Origin: Amphiscolops sp. MND2022
Lineage: Eukaryota
Reading direction: 5' to 3'
DNA length: 64,000 nucleotides
Assembly (NCBI GenBank): GCA_964187785.1
Contig: OZ076409.1
Location: 1,364,001 to 1,428,000 of the forward strand
The notes below the pieces were generated by a model. The model did not search any database. It was not told where the DNA came from and saw only the letters and a list, made by a program, of their open reading frames with translations. Of this stretch, positions 12,414 through 23,254 are shown piece by piece. Each line of letters begins with the position of its first letter. Position 1 is the stretch's first letter. The translations under genes were made by a program, and so were the position numbers.

Positions 12414-13523
12414 ATGTATTCAATTCACACCCGAGATGATTTAGAAAAATTAAAAAAATTACAAGAAACAAAATCTTTAGTACGCAAAGAAAGATTAAAA
12501 GAGAAACTAGGGAAGCAAGACTTTCATTATGACCTTGAAGAAGTTTTTGAACCTGTTACTACAAAGCAGGTGGAATCAAATGAAAAACAACTACAAGCCA
12601 TTGACAAACAAACCCAAGGGGTTACACAAGCCATTGAAAATCAGACAAGAGCAATAGAACACAATAATAATACTCTTCAAAATTCTATTAAAGAAGGAAT
12701 AAAACAATATAATGAAAATACAAATCATATCAACCAACTTCTTACAAGTCTTGTTAATTCCAACCAGGTTGATTCTAGTATTGTAAAAACAGTTTCTAAT
12801 TTACTTAATGACAAAAACAAAAGTCAATTTAGTTTAGAACCCATAGAAGGTTATCCACACAGCTCCACAAATTTATTCACAATTAATCCCCATAACCCAC
12901 AACAAGTACTAATCAAAGGTTCAACAATAACTTTCGAGAATGGGAATTCATACAATTTAAATGACCCAGATCTTCAATATTTTATAGCTAATACACAATT
13001 TGACAAACAAATAAATAACTGGGACTCAATTTATAACTTCTTAAATGATATGAAATATGATCTAAATTATGGAGATAAAAAATCAATCAGATATCAATTT
13101 ATTAAAGAATTATACTCTCGCTTTCAATTGCAGGGCTACACGCAAGGCTTCGCGCAGGACTACACGCAAGGCTTCGCGGGGAGCTCTGCACAAGCACATG
13201 ATTTGCAGGGCTTCGCGGGGAGCTCTACACAGGGCCAATCACGCGAAGCTACGCAGGGCTTCACAGGAAGTGGATTGCGAAAGCTATCACGAAGCTACGC
13301 AAATGGCGAAAGCTCCACACAACAGTACATTTTCCTCCCATCTGACCCAGACGAATTAGTGGATCAATTGAAACTACTTTATTTTGAAAAAGTTGGAGGA
13401 AATGATAGTTTTTTGATTATTGAACAAATTATTGCAATTATAGACAAGTTATTGGAGTATGAATGCATATCACCTTCTCAACACCAAAATATACGAAGTT
13501 CCACAATCTCGTTAATTACTTAA
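12414..13523 (+). CDS. Conserved Polinton protein (coiled-coil N-terminus; C-terminal DPxELVxxLxLL..GN motif)
   Basis: LEEVFEPVT, GSGL and YIFLPSDPDELVDQLKLL..KVGGND..IIAIIDKL resemble a recurrent Polinton gene of unknown function. Confidence 0.75.
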   Translation: MYSIHTRDDLEKLKKLQETKSLVRKERLKEKLGKQDFHYDLEEVFEPVTTKQVESNEKQLQAIDKQTQGVTQAIENQTRAIEHNNNTLQNSIKEGIKQYNENTNHINQLLTSLVNSNQVDSSIVKTVSNLLNDKNKSQFSLEPIEGYPHSSTNLFTINPHNPQQVLIKGSTITFENGNSYNLNDPDLQYFIANTQFDKQINNWDSIYNFLNDMKYDLNYGDKKSIRYQFIKELYSRFQLQGYTQGFAQDYTQGFAGSSAQAHDLQGFAGSSTQGQSREATQGFTGSGLRKLSRSYANGESSTQQYIFLPSDPDELVDQLKLLYFEKVGGNDSFLIIEQIIAIIDKLLEYECISPSQHQNIRSSTISLIT

Positions 13524-14565
13524 AGGATCAGTTTGTGGATTAAAGATCTTGTAATTTGGATTAGATTCATTACAAATCCTGTACCTACTCCCATTTTTAT
13601 CTTCCAATCTGTTTATTAAAAGGTAGTTGAATTTTTCGTTCCATGCTTCTCTACACAAACTTTTGAATTCCTCATAAGACAAATCAAAACCTGATATGTC
13701 CCTATGAATATGTTCTACATCTTTCAGTGTTTGTTGAAATAAAATTATGATATTACTATTGTTTCTAACTGTCTTTTTTGGTGCATCAAAATAACTCTGA
13801 CATAAATAATAAACATCACAAGATTTGTGCCTTCCCCTAGTAAAAAATGGATCAATCAATTTCTGGTTGGAGTCTAACATATCATCAAATACTACACAAC
13901 ACCCCCTATACTCTTCCAAATCCCCCACATTTTCTTCCACTTCTATTCCTTGCGAAGCTCCACTAATATAAAGCTCCACATCCTCATATTGTTCCGGACT
14001 CCTTGTAATGATACGAATTTGTTTCTCTGGATCTTCCAAACGAATCAATCGTAATTTATTCAACAACAAATGAGTCCTACCACAAAATGATGGCCCAACT
14101 ATTAATGTTCTATTAGTTTCGTTCACACCACTATTAGCATTAGCTCCCGCGTTAGCTCCCGCGTTAGCTCCCGCGTTAGCTTCCGCATTATTATTATTAC
14201 TGTGTGAAGACACGCCTCGTGGTAACTCTCGCTGTAGCTCTAGTGTTAGCTGTCGCGATAGCTGTCGCGGAAGCAAATCACCCCCAGTATGCTGATTATA
14301 GTGCTGATTATAATTATAGTGTTGTTTATAGTGTTGTTTTTTAAGGTGTGACCTTAAATAACTCTTATTTAATTCCTTATTACAAAATTCACACCTCACC
14401 TTTTTATTAAAACATTGAATGCATGAAGAGTATATTTTACCATTTTTGTATGAATAAAAAGTATTACAATTCTTCATAATATTACAGTCTTTACATCTTT
14501 TTTTTATTACTACAATCATCACACAAACTTTTTTCACTACTTTTATTACAAATTAAGCAATTCAT
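13512..14565 (-). pseudogene. Zn-finger-fused FtsK/A32-type packaging ATPase 1 (apparent +1 frameshift; Walker A K>R)
   Basis: Walker A GPSFCGRT, Walker B VVFDD, FFTRGRH..YLCQ. The true start is likely the ATAAATG at 14565 (MNCLICNK..LCDDC), which joins the 13512-14537 frame if the 8-nt homopolymer at 14498-14505 is 7 nt. N-terminus has CxxC pairs and a C2H2 finger. Confidence 0.85.
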
Positions 14566-14579
14566 TTATTTAGTAAAAA

Positions 14580-14860
14580 ATCACTAATTTCCTCTAATAA
14601 TCACTATGTAATCACTATGTAATCACTATGTAATCACTAAGCAAATTTCACTAAATCACTAAGGTTTCACTATGTGTCTCTAAGAGTATTCATTTCTCTA
14701 AGATTAAAGATTATAGTGAAATTTAGTGAAAATAAATGCTCTTAGTGAAACCTTAGTGATTTAGTGAGAAATTTAGAGATTCTTAGAGATCACTAAATTC
14801 CTCTAAGAATCTCTAAATTTCTCTAAACTTCTCTAAACTTCTTTAAGAATCACTATATTT
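14580..14860. other. Intergenic repeat and double-hairpin region between the two ATPase genes
   Basis: tcactatgtaa repeats; 25-bp perfect IR 14648-14672/14743-14767; 23-bp perfect IR 14766-14788/14801-14823. Confidence 0.75.
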
Positions 14861-14889
14861 TTTTTGTTAATTTCTCGCGATAGCTTCCG

Positions 14890-16107
14890 CTAATTACCCA
14901 GTTTATTTTTAGTAAAACTTTTTGCCTGATCATAAATTAAATTTTTAAAGTTCTCTTTAAATGAATCACTAATCAGTGGTTTTTGCATGCGTTGTACGTA
15001 GTTGTCTATTTTGGATTCATTTACTCTGATGTTATTTTGTTTGCAATAAAACACATAATAATAAGCTATGTTGAGTGGTGTTATTTCAATTGTCTGGTCG
15101 GACATTTCCTCTAAGAAAATTTTGAGTCTGTTGTATTCATCACCAGTGAAAAAGTAACTTTCATAAGCAACGAGTTGTTCTGGACCCCATTTACTTCGTT
15201 TGCTCGAATCATAAATTAACTTGTACTTGTCGTTTAGAATCTTGTATTTCTGACTCCTTGTGTCAAATTCAATTATGCCATATTCTAACTGATCCCGGTA
15301 GTATTTCCAATTAAGCCCATTAACTGCGTCTTTGATCCCATAAGTTTGTACAATCGACTCGAAGAAATTATCTGGGTTATTAATTGTTAAGTATATTTTG
15401 AAGCAATTTTCCCTCACGACTGGAAGAACATCCTTTGCATAGTGAGCAAGGTATATCACTTGAATACCCAAGTGTCTACCAAATCGGAAAAGGTCTTCTA
15501 CTTTTGTTTTAAGACTCTTATATGCACCTGCATCATCCAGTACAACAATTTTATTAGCAAGTGATTCAATGCATACTTTTTCCAACTGCAGTAGCGGTAC
15601 AAAATTTTGAGAGGGAAACTCACGTTCATCTCGCCCGAAAACTACGTAAGTTCTTTGCCCTGCAACTTGTGCGTTAGCTATCGCCAAATAATGCTTTAAA
15701 AAACTTGTCTTCCCAGAGCCACTACTACCATAAATTATGAAATGCGCGTTGCAATGAGAGATATTATGAGATGGGGATTCTTCATGCATAGCTTCTTGTT
15801 CACGTTCCTGGTTTGTCAGATGAGAGTATTTGAACCCTTCAAATTGTAGTAGTTTTTTATAAATTGTTTTAAACTGTCTAGGGCGAATATAATTCCAATA
15901 TATTACAACAAAAATACCTATTAATATAATTAAACATACAATAAACATAGGATTTGTGATTACTTTATAAATTTGTGTTTTCTGATACCAATACAGTTTG
16001 TTGGCTCCTGCGGTAGCTTTCGCGCCAGCTCCATCACCTGTGCTAACTCCTGTGCTAACTCCTTGATCATTATTTCTATAGCTCTGGAAGCAATAATCAA
16101 TATTCAT
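14890..16107 (-). CDS. Second FtsK/A32-type ATPase with N-terminal transmembrane helix
   Basis: TM MFIVCLIILIGIFVVIYW; Walker A GSSGSGKT; Walker B VVLDD; LFRFGRH..IYLAH. Confidence 0.85.
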   Translation of the reverse strand: MNIDYCFQSYRNNDQGVSTGVSTGDGAGAKATAGANKLYWYQKTQIYKVITNPMFIVCLIILIGIFVVIYWNYIRPRQFKTIYKKLLQFEGFKYSHLTNQEREQEAMHEESPSHNISHCNAHFIIYGSSGSGKTSFLKHYLAIANAQVAGQRTYVVFGRDEREFPSQNFVPLLQLEKVCIESLANKIVVLDDAGAYKSLKTKVEDLFRFGRHLGIQVIYLAHYAKDVLPVVRENCFKIYLTINNPDNFFESIVQTYGIKDAVNGLNWKYYRDQLEYGIIEFDTRSQKYKILNDKYKLIYDSSKRSKWGPEQLVAYESYFFTGDEYNRLKIFLEEMSDQTIEITPLNIAYYYVFYCKQNNIRVNESKIDNYVQRMQKPLISDSFKENFKNLIYDQAKSFTKNKLGN

Positions 16108-16130
16108 TTATTTATAAAAAATTGTTATAA

Positions 16131-17075
16131 ATGAACATGAATCAAAAGGCGAAAGCTGGCACAGGAGACGGCGCGGAGCTTCGCGATAGCTCTCGCAAGA
16201 CAGAAATTGTTAGAGAAATATTCTCGCCTGTAATCAAAAAGTTTCAAAGAATTCAAATACAAACTCACTATAAAGATGAATGTTGGAGTATCGATTTAAT
16301 TGATCGCTCAAACTTAAGCAAATACAACAAAAACTACAAGTTTATTTTCACAATAATTGACAATCATACTAAATATGCATGGGCGATTCCTCTTAAAGAT
16401 AAATCAGGAAACAGTAGAACAACTGCATTAAAAAGTCTTATCGAAAAAACAAAAAGAAAACCACACAAAATATGGAGTCATAGAGGTAAAGAGTTTTACA
16501 ACACAACATTTTTACACTATTTAAAAGAGCAAAGTATTCAAATTTATTCAACGAATTCAGATTTGAAGGCTGTTTTTGTTGAACGCTTCAATAGAACACT
16601 TTTGGACTTAATCAAAGAACCAATGTATATTGAGGGTAAAGGTAACTGGTTGAATCACATTGATGCTGCTTTACAAAAGTATAATAATCGTGTCCATACC
16701 ACAACCAAAATGACACCTTTTGAAATGAGTTTTAAGAGCGCAATACCACGGAGCCACGCGCGCAGCTTCGCCAATCTGATACCTAATATTAATAAATTGC
16801 ACACAGCTTCGCCCAAGTTCCAAGTGGGAGTTTTTGTAAGAGTTCCTGACAAAAGGAACATTTATTCAAAAGGTTATACAACAAATTGGAATAGAGAACT
16901 TTTCAAAATACACAGCATCAACAAAACAAACCCAGTAAAATACACTCTAAATGATGAAAACGGAGAAATTATTCAAGGAAAATACTATGAACAAGAACTT
17001 TTAAGAAGCATATTCGACTTTGACTCTAACAACAAAACGTTAGAAAGTATGAATATTTTCCACAGGTTTGAGTAA
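16131..17075 (+). CDS. Retroviral-type (RVE) integrase; second catalytic Asp appears replaced by His
   Basis: WSIDLID, IIDNHTKYAW, KIWSHRGKEF (usually SD/TD-xGxEF), VERFNRTL, YNNRVH..MTP, KGYTTNW; no chromodomain. Confidence 0.92.
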   Translation: MNMNQKAKAGTGDGAELRDSSRKTEIVREIFSPVIKKFQRIQIQTHYKDECWSIDLIDRSNLSKYNKNYKFIFTIIDNHTKYAWAIPLKDKSGNSRTTALKSLIEKTKRKPHKIWSHRGKEFYNTTFLHYLKEQSIQIYSTNSDLKAVFVERFNRTLLDLIKEPMYIEGKGNWLNHIDAALQKYNNRVHTTTKMTPFEMSFKSAIPRSHARSFANLIPNINKLHTASPKFQVGVFVRVPDKRNIYSKGYTTNWNRELFKIHSINKTNPVKYTLNDENGEIIQGKYYEQELLRSIFDFDSNNKTLESMNIFHRFE

Positions 17076-17134
17076 TTTTCGACGTAGTTTCGCGGAGCTT
17101 TCGCGATAGCTTTCGCAATATTTTTTTATTATAA

Positions 17135-18367
17135 ATGAACACAGATATGTTTTCTTTAAAAAATAAATACACACTCGAAAAACCTATTCATAAAATTGAT
17201 TTCATAAAGTATAGTCCAAGTAGTTTGGCGACAGTCAATAATAATAATTCAAATATTTCAATCAGTTTACCAAGAGAAGATGCATACATATGTTTACAAA
17301 ATAGTTTCATAAGTCTAGAATTTGAAGTACTTAAAAACAATAATACAAGATTTGCTGATGGTGATGAAATTGGATTGGTTAACTTTGGGCCAATCTCTTT
17401 ATTTAGTGAAGCCAAATTAACAACTTCTAGTGGGAAACACCTAGAAAAAGTTGACAACTTGCACTTGATTTCTTTAATGTATAAACTTCTGACAAGCACT
17501 AAATCCACAAGTCAATTAATGTATGGGTTTGAAGAATATACTACTATCAGAAGACAAGAACTAACAAACAACAAAAATGAGAAAGGAACCTTTTTTGTGA
17601 GAATAAAACTAAAAGACTTGTTTGGATTTGCTGATCAAGAAAAAATAACTTATGGGTTGGGCTACACATTAACTCTCAAACGGAACACTAACAATGACGC
17701 CATTTTAAGAAGTGTTGGAGTGGATGCTGCAAAAGTGGTTATTAAAGACATTGGTTGGTATATTCCACACTATGTTCCATCACTGGAAAACCAACAACTT
17801 GTCATGGACCAAATTTTAAATAAAGATCCAACCGAATTGAGTTACACAGAACGAATTATTTTTAGAGAAGATGTTAACACAAATTCGAATTGGACATTTG
17901 AATTAGGCAGCTCGGGTGAGTCCTGTCCAACTTTTGTGATTGTTGGATTTCAAGCTAGAAATAAAATTGATTCTCAGGTTCATGATAATGCAGTGTTTGA
18001 CCGGTTGCCAATTAGTAATGCTGTTTGTAAAATAGGATCAGAAAAATATCCCGATGATGGGATAGAATGTGACTACGACCGTGACAAATATGATCAAGCA
18101 TACAGTGAAATTGAAAACTTCTATCACTTACATTCTGAAACTAGCTTACTCAATCCATTTATTGATTTGCATAAATTCAGGACAAATTACCCCCTATTTG
18201 TATTTGACCTCAGCAAACAAAAAGACCAAATAGCTTCTCAACCAATCCGTTTAGAATTTAAATTTAATGCTGCCATTGATGTAGCAGATTATATAGCTTA
18301 TGCGCTAGTCCTAACACCTAAACTGATAAGTATCAGTAGTGATGGGCAAAGGCATTTTTTGGTTTGA
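17135..18367 (+). CDS. Major capsid protein (double jelly roll)
   Basis: 410 aa, beta-rich; DAYICLQNSFISLEF, SLFSEAKL, PTFVIVGFQ and YPLFVFDLSKQ resemble the Polinton MCP; position within the element. Confidence 0.88.
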   Translation: MNTDMFSLKNKYTLEKPIHKIDFIKYSPSSLATVNNNNSNISISLPREDAYICLQNSFISLEFEVLKNNNTRFADGDEIGLVNFGPISLFSEAKLTTSSGKHLEKVDNLHLISLMYKLLTSTKSTSQLMYGFEEYTTIRRQELTNNKNEKGTFFVRIKLKDLFGFADQEKITYGLGYTLTLKRNTNNDAILRSVGVDAAKVVIKDIGWYIPHYVPSLENQQLVMDQILNKDPTELSYTERIIFREDVNTNSNWTFELGSSGESCPTFVIVGFQARNKIDSQVHDNAVFDRLPISNAVCKIGSEKYPDDGIECDYDRDKYDQAYSEIENFYHLHSETSLLNPFIDLHKFRTNYPLFVFDLSKQKDQIASQPIRLEFKFNAAIDVADYIAYALVLTPKLISISSDGQRHFLV

Positions 18368-18547
18368 TATGATAGGAATGATGAATCATAGATTAAAAAC
18401 TATAATTGATGTGATAACTAACGTGATAACTAACGTGATAAATGATGATAATAAATGATCATAAAATAATTATAATTAGCGTGTGTGCGAGAGCTAGCGC
18501 GAAAGCTATTGCGAAGCTACGCGCCACAATAGTTATCACGATAGTTA

Positions 18548-21500
18548 TCACAAAAAATGGGCCCGATCACTTATCAGATTTAAAAGATCTTGATGATTCA
18601 ATTTTTCTTTCAGAGTCCAAATGTTATAGTATATTTCTTCATCTGGGAGGCTTGTGCCATCCCTTGTGCTCAGTTCGGTGTAATACAAACCAACTAACTT
18701 TATACAAAGTATACAAGGACAATCACCTTTTTGTGTGTGTTTATCCCATGATAAACTTTGTATTGGATTCAAGTACATACGCTTGTCATCAAAAGGATTC
18801 AAAGCTAGCTTATCTTGTTTCTGAACAGTTAAGTTGTGAGCATTACTTCTAATAGAATAATTAGTTGCCGTAGTTGTTTCAGAATTAAATAATGAATTTA
18901 TAAATTGTGAATAAATTGGTGTATGTTGTATTCCTTTTTGTTTTGACTTCTGTGTTACCTTCTGAACTGAGCTTCCATAGCTAAAAGAATATGATTTAGA
19001 TCTCAAAGCTATGAAGTTGTCTAATTCAATAATTGGTGATGTTTCTATTTTCATTTTACCTATAACTTTCTTGTTAATAGAATTGTACAACTCATGACTT
19101 GGGTCAAGCTCACTAAAATCAAAATCATCTTTGAAGTATTCCAAATCATTTATAAGGTCTCCAGTTTTAATACTTAGAATGAATGAGTCTGTATCCGTGT
19201 AATGCAGTTTAATGTTTGCATCGCTGCGCGAACTGTAATATGGTTGTAATTTGTGATAATAAAACTCATACATTAACAATTTACTCAGTTCTAAAACACT
19301 AAACCCCAAGTATATTGGTTTATCAAAAATTACTTTTTCCTTATCAAACTTGTAAACACTGAATTCGGAGTAATGATTAGTGATTCCTTTAAAGTTTAAC
19401 TTCGATTGTCTTTTTATTATTTGATCAATATTGGTGTGGGGGATAAACTCTAAATTAGTCCGGTCTCTAACATTTTCCATAGTCTTCCCAAAGAAAGCGT
19501 TGTTCATTAATTTGTACAAGTCTTTTTCAAATTTTGTTTTTGCTTTGGTGCGTTTTTGTGTGTTATGATTAATGTATTTTTCTAACCAAAGTGATTGTTT
19601 GAACCGGTAGATTGTGTGAATCTTTGTTACTTTCATCCCCAAATTCGTGTAAAACTTGAACATCCTGTAGTGCATCATATAATTATATTTGTTTGTTAGG
19701 TCACACATAAGTTTCTCGGTTGGTTTGTAATTGGGCTGTTTTACTTTGTTCATGTATTCTGAGAAAAGATTTGGATCGGTTTTTGTTTGATAAGGACAAA
19801 GTGGAAAGTTTTCGGTTTTTTCTTTAATTTCTGCTGGATATTCTAAATCGCATTCTATAAAATATCCAAATTCATTGTCATCTGGTGTATTCAAAATGTC
19901 TTCTTTAATTTCATTCATCAGTGCAGAATCAGATTGCATAACTTCGCCGTGACAGTTCTGCGCGAAGCTACGCATCTTTTTAAAGTCTCCAATAGGAAGG
20001 TATTGACTCATTGCCCATCCATAAAGATTATTTGCATCAATGTACAAAAGTTTCGGACTTTCATTTGACTCAATGAATCTGGGTCCCATTACACTTGAAA
20101 TTCCACCACGAATATTATTTTCAAGTAGTAATAATAACTGTTTGTCTTTTATGAAATCTAATTTAATTTTAGTAAGTTTTAAACCAGCTTTCCATGTATA
20201 ACCAGGTAAAGAGTAACTGTACAACGGATTGATGCCGTACATAAGCGTGCTTGTTTCAACAAAGTTTTCGAACACGTCAGTGAGTTGTAGTACATCCATT
20301 TTTAAGTACAATTCTGTTAGTTCTTGTGCTGTTGTAATGTTGTAAGTGTCAATCAATTGTTGGGTTCTTTTTATATCATCCTCGCATGGGTAAGATTGAT
20401 TCAGTGTTGACCAATAGTCCTCTTTTGTTAGATTTAGTGGTTCATGCAGGTTGTTAAGATTGAATTTTTCGTATGGATAAGCTAGTTTTTTCTTAAATAA
20501 ATCATCAGTTAGGCCCTCATTTTGCATATAAGGAAAATCATTTAATGATGTTATAAGTTTTTGTAGACTACTACTCAAAAATCTGTATGAATCTAAAAAC
20601 CTTAAACAACCTACTTGCACACTTACATAATTTTCCAATGACTTTGGTATAATATTTATTGGTAACTTTAGATTATAAGCTGATGTTAAGAGTTCTTCAA
20701 AAATTAAATGACAATCATAACCACTGAAATTATGGAAAAATATAGGAACAAACGAACTTGACTTTTTTTTACAATTTAAATTACATTTGTTGTGGGCTGC
20801 TCCTCGGTACTTGCCTGTAAGGTGATCGTGGTCTCAAACTGTATCCTCACCAAGTGGATTTTCACAAAGCCAACACACTTTGGATTGTTGAAATGATTTT
20901 TCTTCTTCGGGGGTTATTTCAAGAGGAATATTAGTTTCGAAATAAATATTTGCAATTTTTTCTAAAGTCAACATTTCATTTACAAACCATGTTACACACG
21001 ATTCACCAAAGTATGAGCTGTAATTATTACCAAATGGTGAAATTATATAAAATCCTACTGCAATTGGAATTTGTTTAAATAATACTTTGGGCGCGATAGC
21101 TACCACAGCTTCGTGGTCATTTGTGCGAAGCTCCGCGGGTTGTGAAACTGCGTGATTAATGCATTCAAAATCTGCATATACTCTTATTGGTACGGGAACT
21201 TTCATATGATAATCTTCGAACTTTAAGTCATCCTTCCAACTGAATGTGATATTAGTTGGTTGTTGTTTTTGACAACGGTCAATGTGTTGATTGAGAATAT
21301 CCTCAGAACTAAATGCAGTTAGACATCTTCTACACACCCATTTCATGTGCGAATCCTTATTTAGTAAGCAATGCAATTTTGTTATTAGACAATAATGATT
21401 TTCAAATAGTACCAAGTCAATTTGTGATTGTAAGTAATTTTTGTTAATATGAATTGGTGTTAAAACTGTTTTTGTAAGTTCAAAAACATTTACGTTTAAA

Positions 21501-22462
21501 TTATTTAAGTTTTCGAACTTGGGAATATCTTTAATTTTCATGGGGAATTCTAAACCATTAAAAATGAGTTTGTTCGTGTGCATTGAATAACTTGATGTTC
21601 TATTTTTATGATCCTCAACAGGAAAAAGGTGTGCTAGGATGCACCACAAAAAGCAAAATTGATCATCATTTTTTATATTTATAAATGATTTATTATTCTT
21701 ATATTTTTCTGGCAACTCAACCCACGAAGAAGCTTGAATATCATTAACTTTATAAATTTCTAATATAACAGTGACAATACCATTTAACACAAAACCTGAT
21801 CCTTCTAATTGTTCATCATCTAATTTCTGCATTAATGTGTTATGCTGTGTGCCGAAGGCAATCTGTGTGCGAAGCTGCGCGTGATTGTAATTAAAATCTG
21901 ATTTAACCCATTTGTGAAATACAACTTCCTCATCATTAACTATTTTTGAAAACTTAGCTAAATAACTCAATTGGAACTTGTATCGGGGAAAGTAATTTTT
22001 ATTTAGTAAATCATTAATCTGTTCTTCAAGATGATTTGTTGGATTTACTCTCAGTTTAATGTATGTTTTTTCATTCACAATTATTTCTACGTTAGTTCCT
22101 ACGTTAGTTCCTACGTTAGTTCCAGAATCATGTAGTGTATTACCAAATGTGTTTTTTGTAGCGTTGCGATAGCTTTCGCGGTTTTGACTTCTTAACGTGT
22201 GAATTTCACTTTGGAAATGTCTTGAATTACTTATATATTTACCACAATCTTCACACCAAATTTGTGTAGCTTCGCGTTGTTGTTTGGTTTTGTTTTTATG
22301 TTCATCTGAATTTAGATGATTAGACTTGTCAGACAATGGCATAAATGTATTACATTTTTTACAATAATATTGATTTAATTTTTGTAAATGTTTTATTGAT
22401 TTTAGATGATCAGACTTGTAAGCTTTTTTATAATCAGAATTACAAATACTGCAGTTCTCCAT
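18548..22462 (-). pseudogene. Protein-primed family B DNA polymerase (~1304 aa) with one in-frame TGA at 20834-20836
   Basis: ORFs 20834-22462 and 18548-20638 are in the same frame. Read-through gives EDTV*DHDHLTGKYRGAAHNKCNL (EndoVII/HNH-like insert) and FFHNFSGYD (ExoII). Also ExoI YADFE; Pol motifs YIDANNLYG, KLMNNAFFGK, YTDTDS; vOTU-like NDDQFCFLWC..HYCLI; N-terminal C2H2-like fingers. Confidence 0.95.
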
Positions 22463-22574
22463 TTATTTATAATAAATTTATGAATTTAATAGAAGCATAT
22501 TTTTCAATAGTATATTTTTCAATTATTAGTGTTAATTTTTATTTTATTTTTTAAGTTAAAATTGAATAAATTAA

Positions 22575-23251
22575 TTATAAAAAATTGTGTGGTTTAAGTG
22601 GTATTGTTGGTGGTGTGTGTGAAGCTACTTGTGATTTTGTATGCGAAGCTGTGTGCGAAGCTGTGCTCGAAGCTGCGCGTGATTTTGTGTGAATTTCCTG
22701 TGAAGCTACCTGCGAAGCTTCGCGATAATTTTCAAATTGAGTCACAAATCGGTGATATTCTTTTTCATCTATATGATTATCTTCTAGGCTGGCGACATAA
22801 AGTTGTCTAAAGTCGTCAAGAGTCTTCTGAATAATAGTGTACTTAAGTTTATAATTTTGCTCCTTTTTCTTCAAATAACTAGAACAAATCTTAACAAGGA
22901 TACCAGTTGTACAACCAACTCCTGCAGCGATTGGAACAACTATAATACCCACACCAGTAATACTTAGTGAGATTGATGCTGAAGTTGTTCCAATCACTAT
23001 AATGCCATCGAGGGAGTTAATTAGGTTATTTATTAGCTTGTATTTGTTGTATTTCTGTTTGTATTTATTTTCTTCCATTTCAAAATATTTCATCATTAGA
23101 CTAATGTTTTGAATAGAATTATTGAAACTATTTACTTTTTGTAATTCGCTCTGCAACGCGCTATGCAATCGCTTATTTATCATTGATTCTACATCATATG
23201 GTGCTGGGGGAGAAGCCGTTGGGGTCAGGGGGGATAGAGTTTTTGTTCCAT
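22575..23251 (-). CDS. Membrane protein (hydrophobic hairpin, coiled-coil flanks); N-terminus apparently frameshifted
   Basis: Hydrophobic GIIVIGTTSASISLSITGVGIIVVPIAAGVGCTTGILV. The ATAAATG at 23251 joins the 23183 frame if the 6-nt run at 23228-23233 is 7 nt, giving MEQKLYPPLTPTASPPAPYDVESMINK. Confidence 0.7.
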
Positions 23252-23254
23252 TTA

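Noticed and set aside
18442..18852. 136-aa plus-strand ORF that also starts with ATAAATG
   Set aside because: Mostly antisense to the pPolB C-terminus and built from low-complexity repeats; not counted among the 12 genes, although not strictly excluded
20834..22462. Separate gene upstream of the polymerase, or programmed read-through
   Set aside because: Same frame as the polymerase and the stop replaces the conserved Arg of RDH; a point nonsense mutation is simpler
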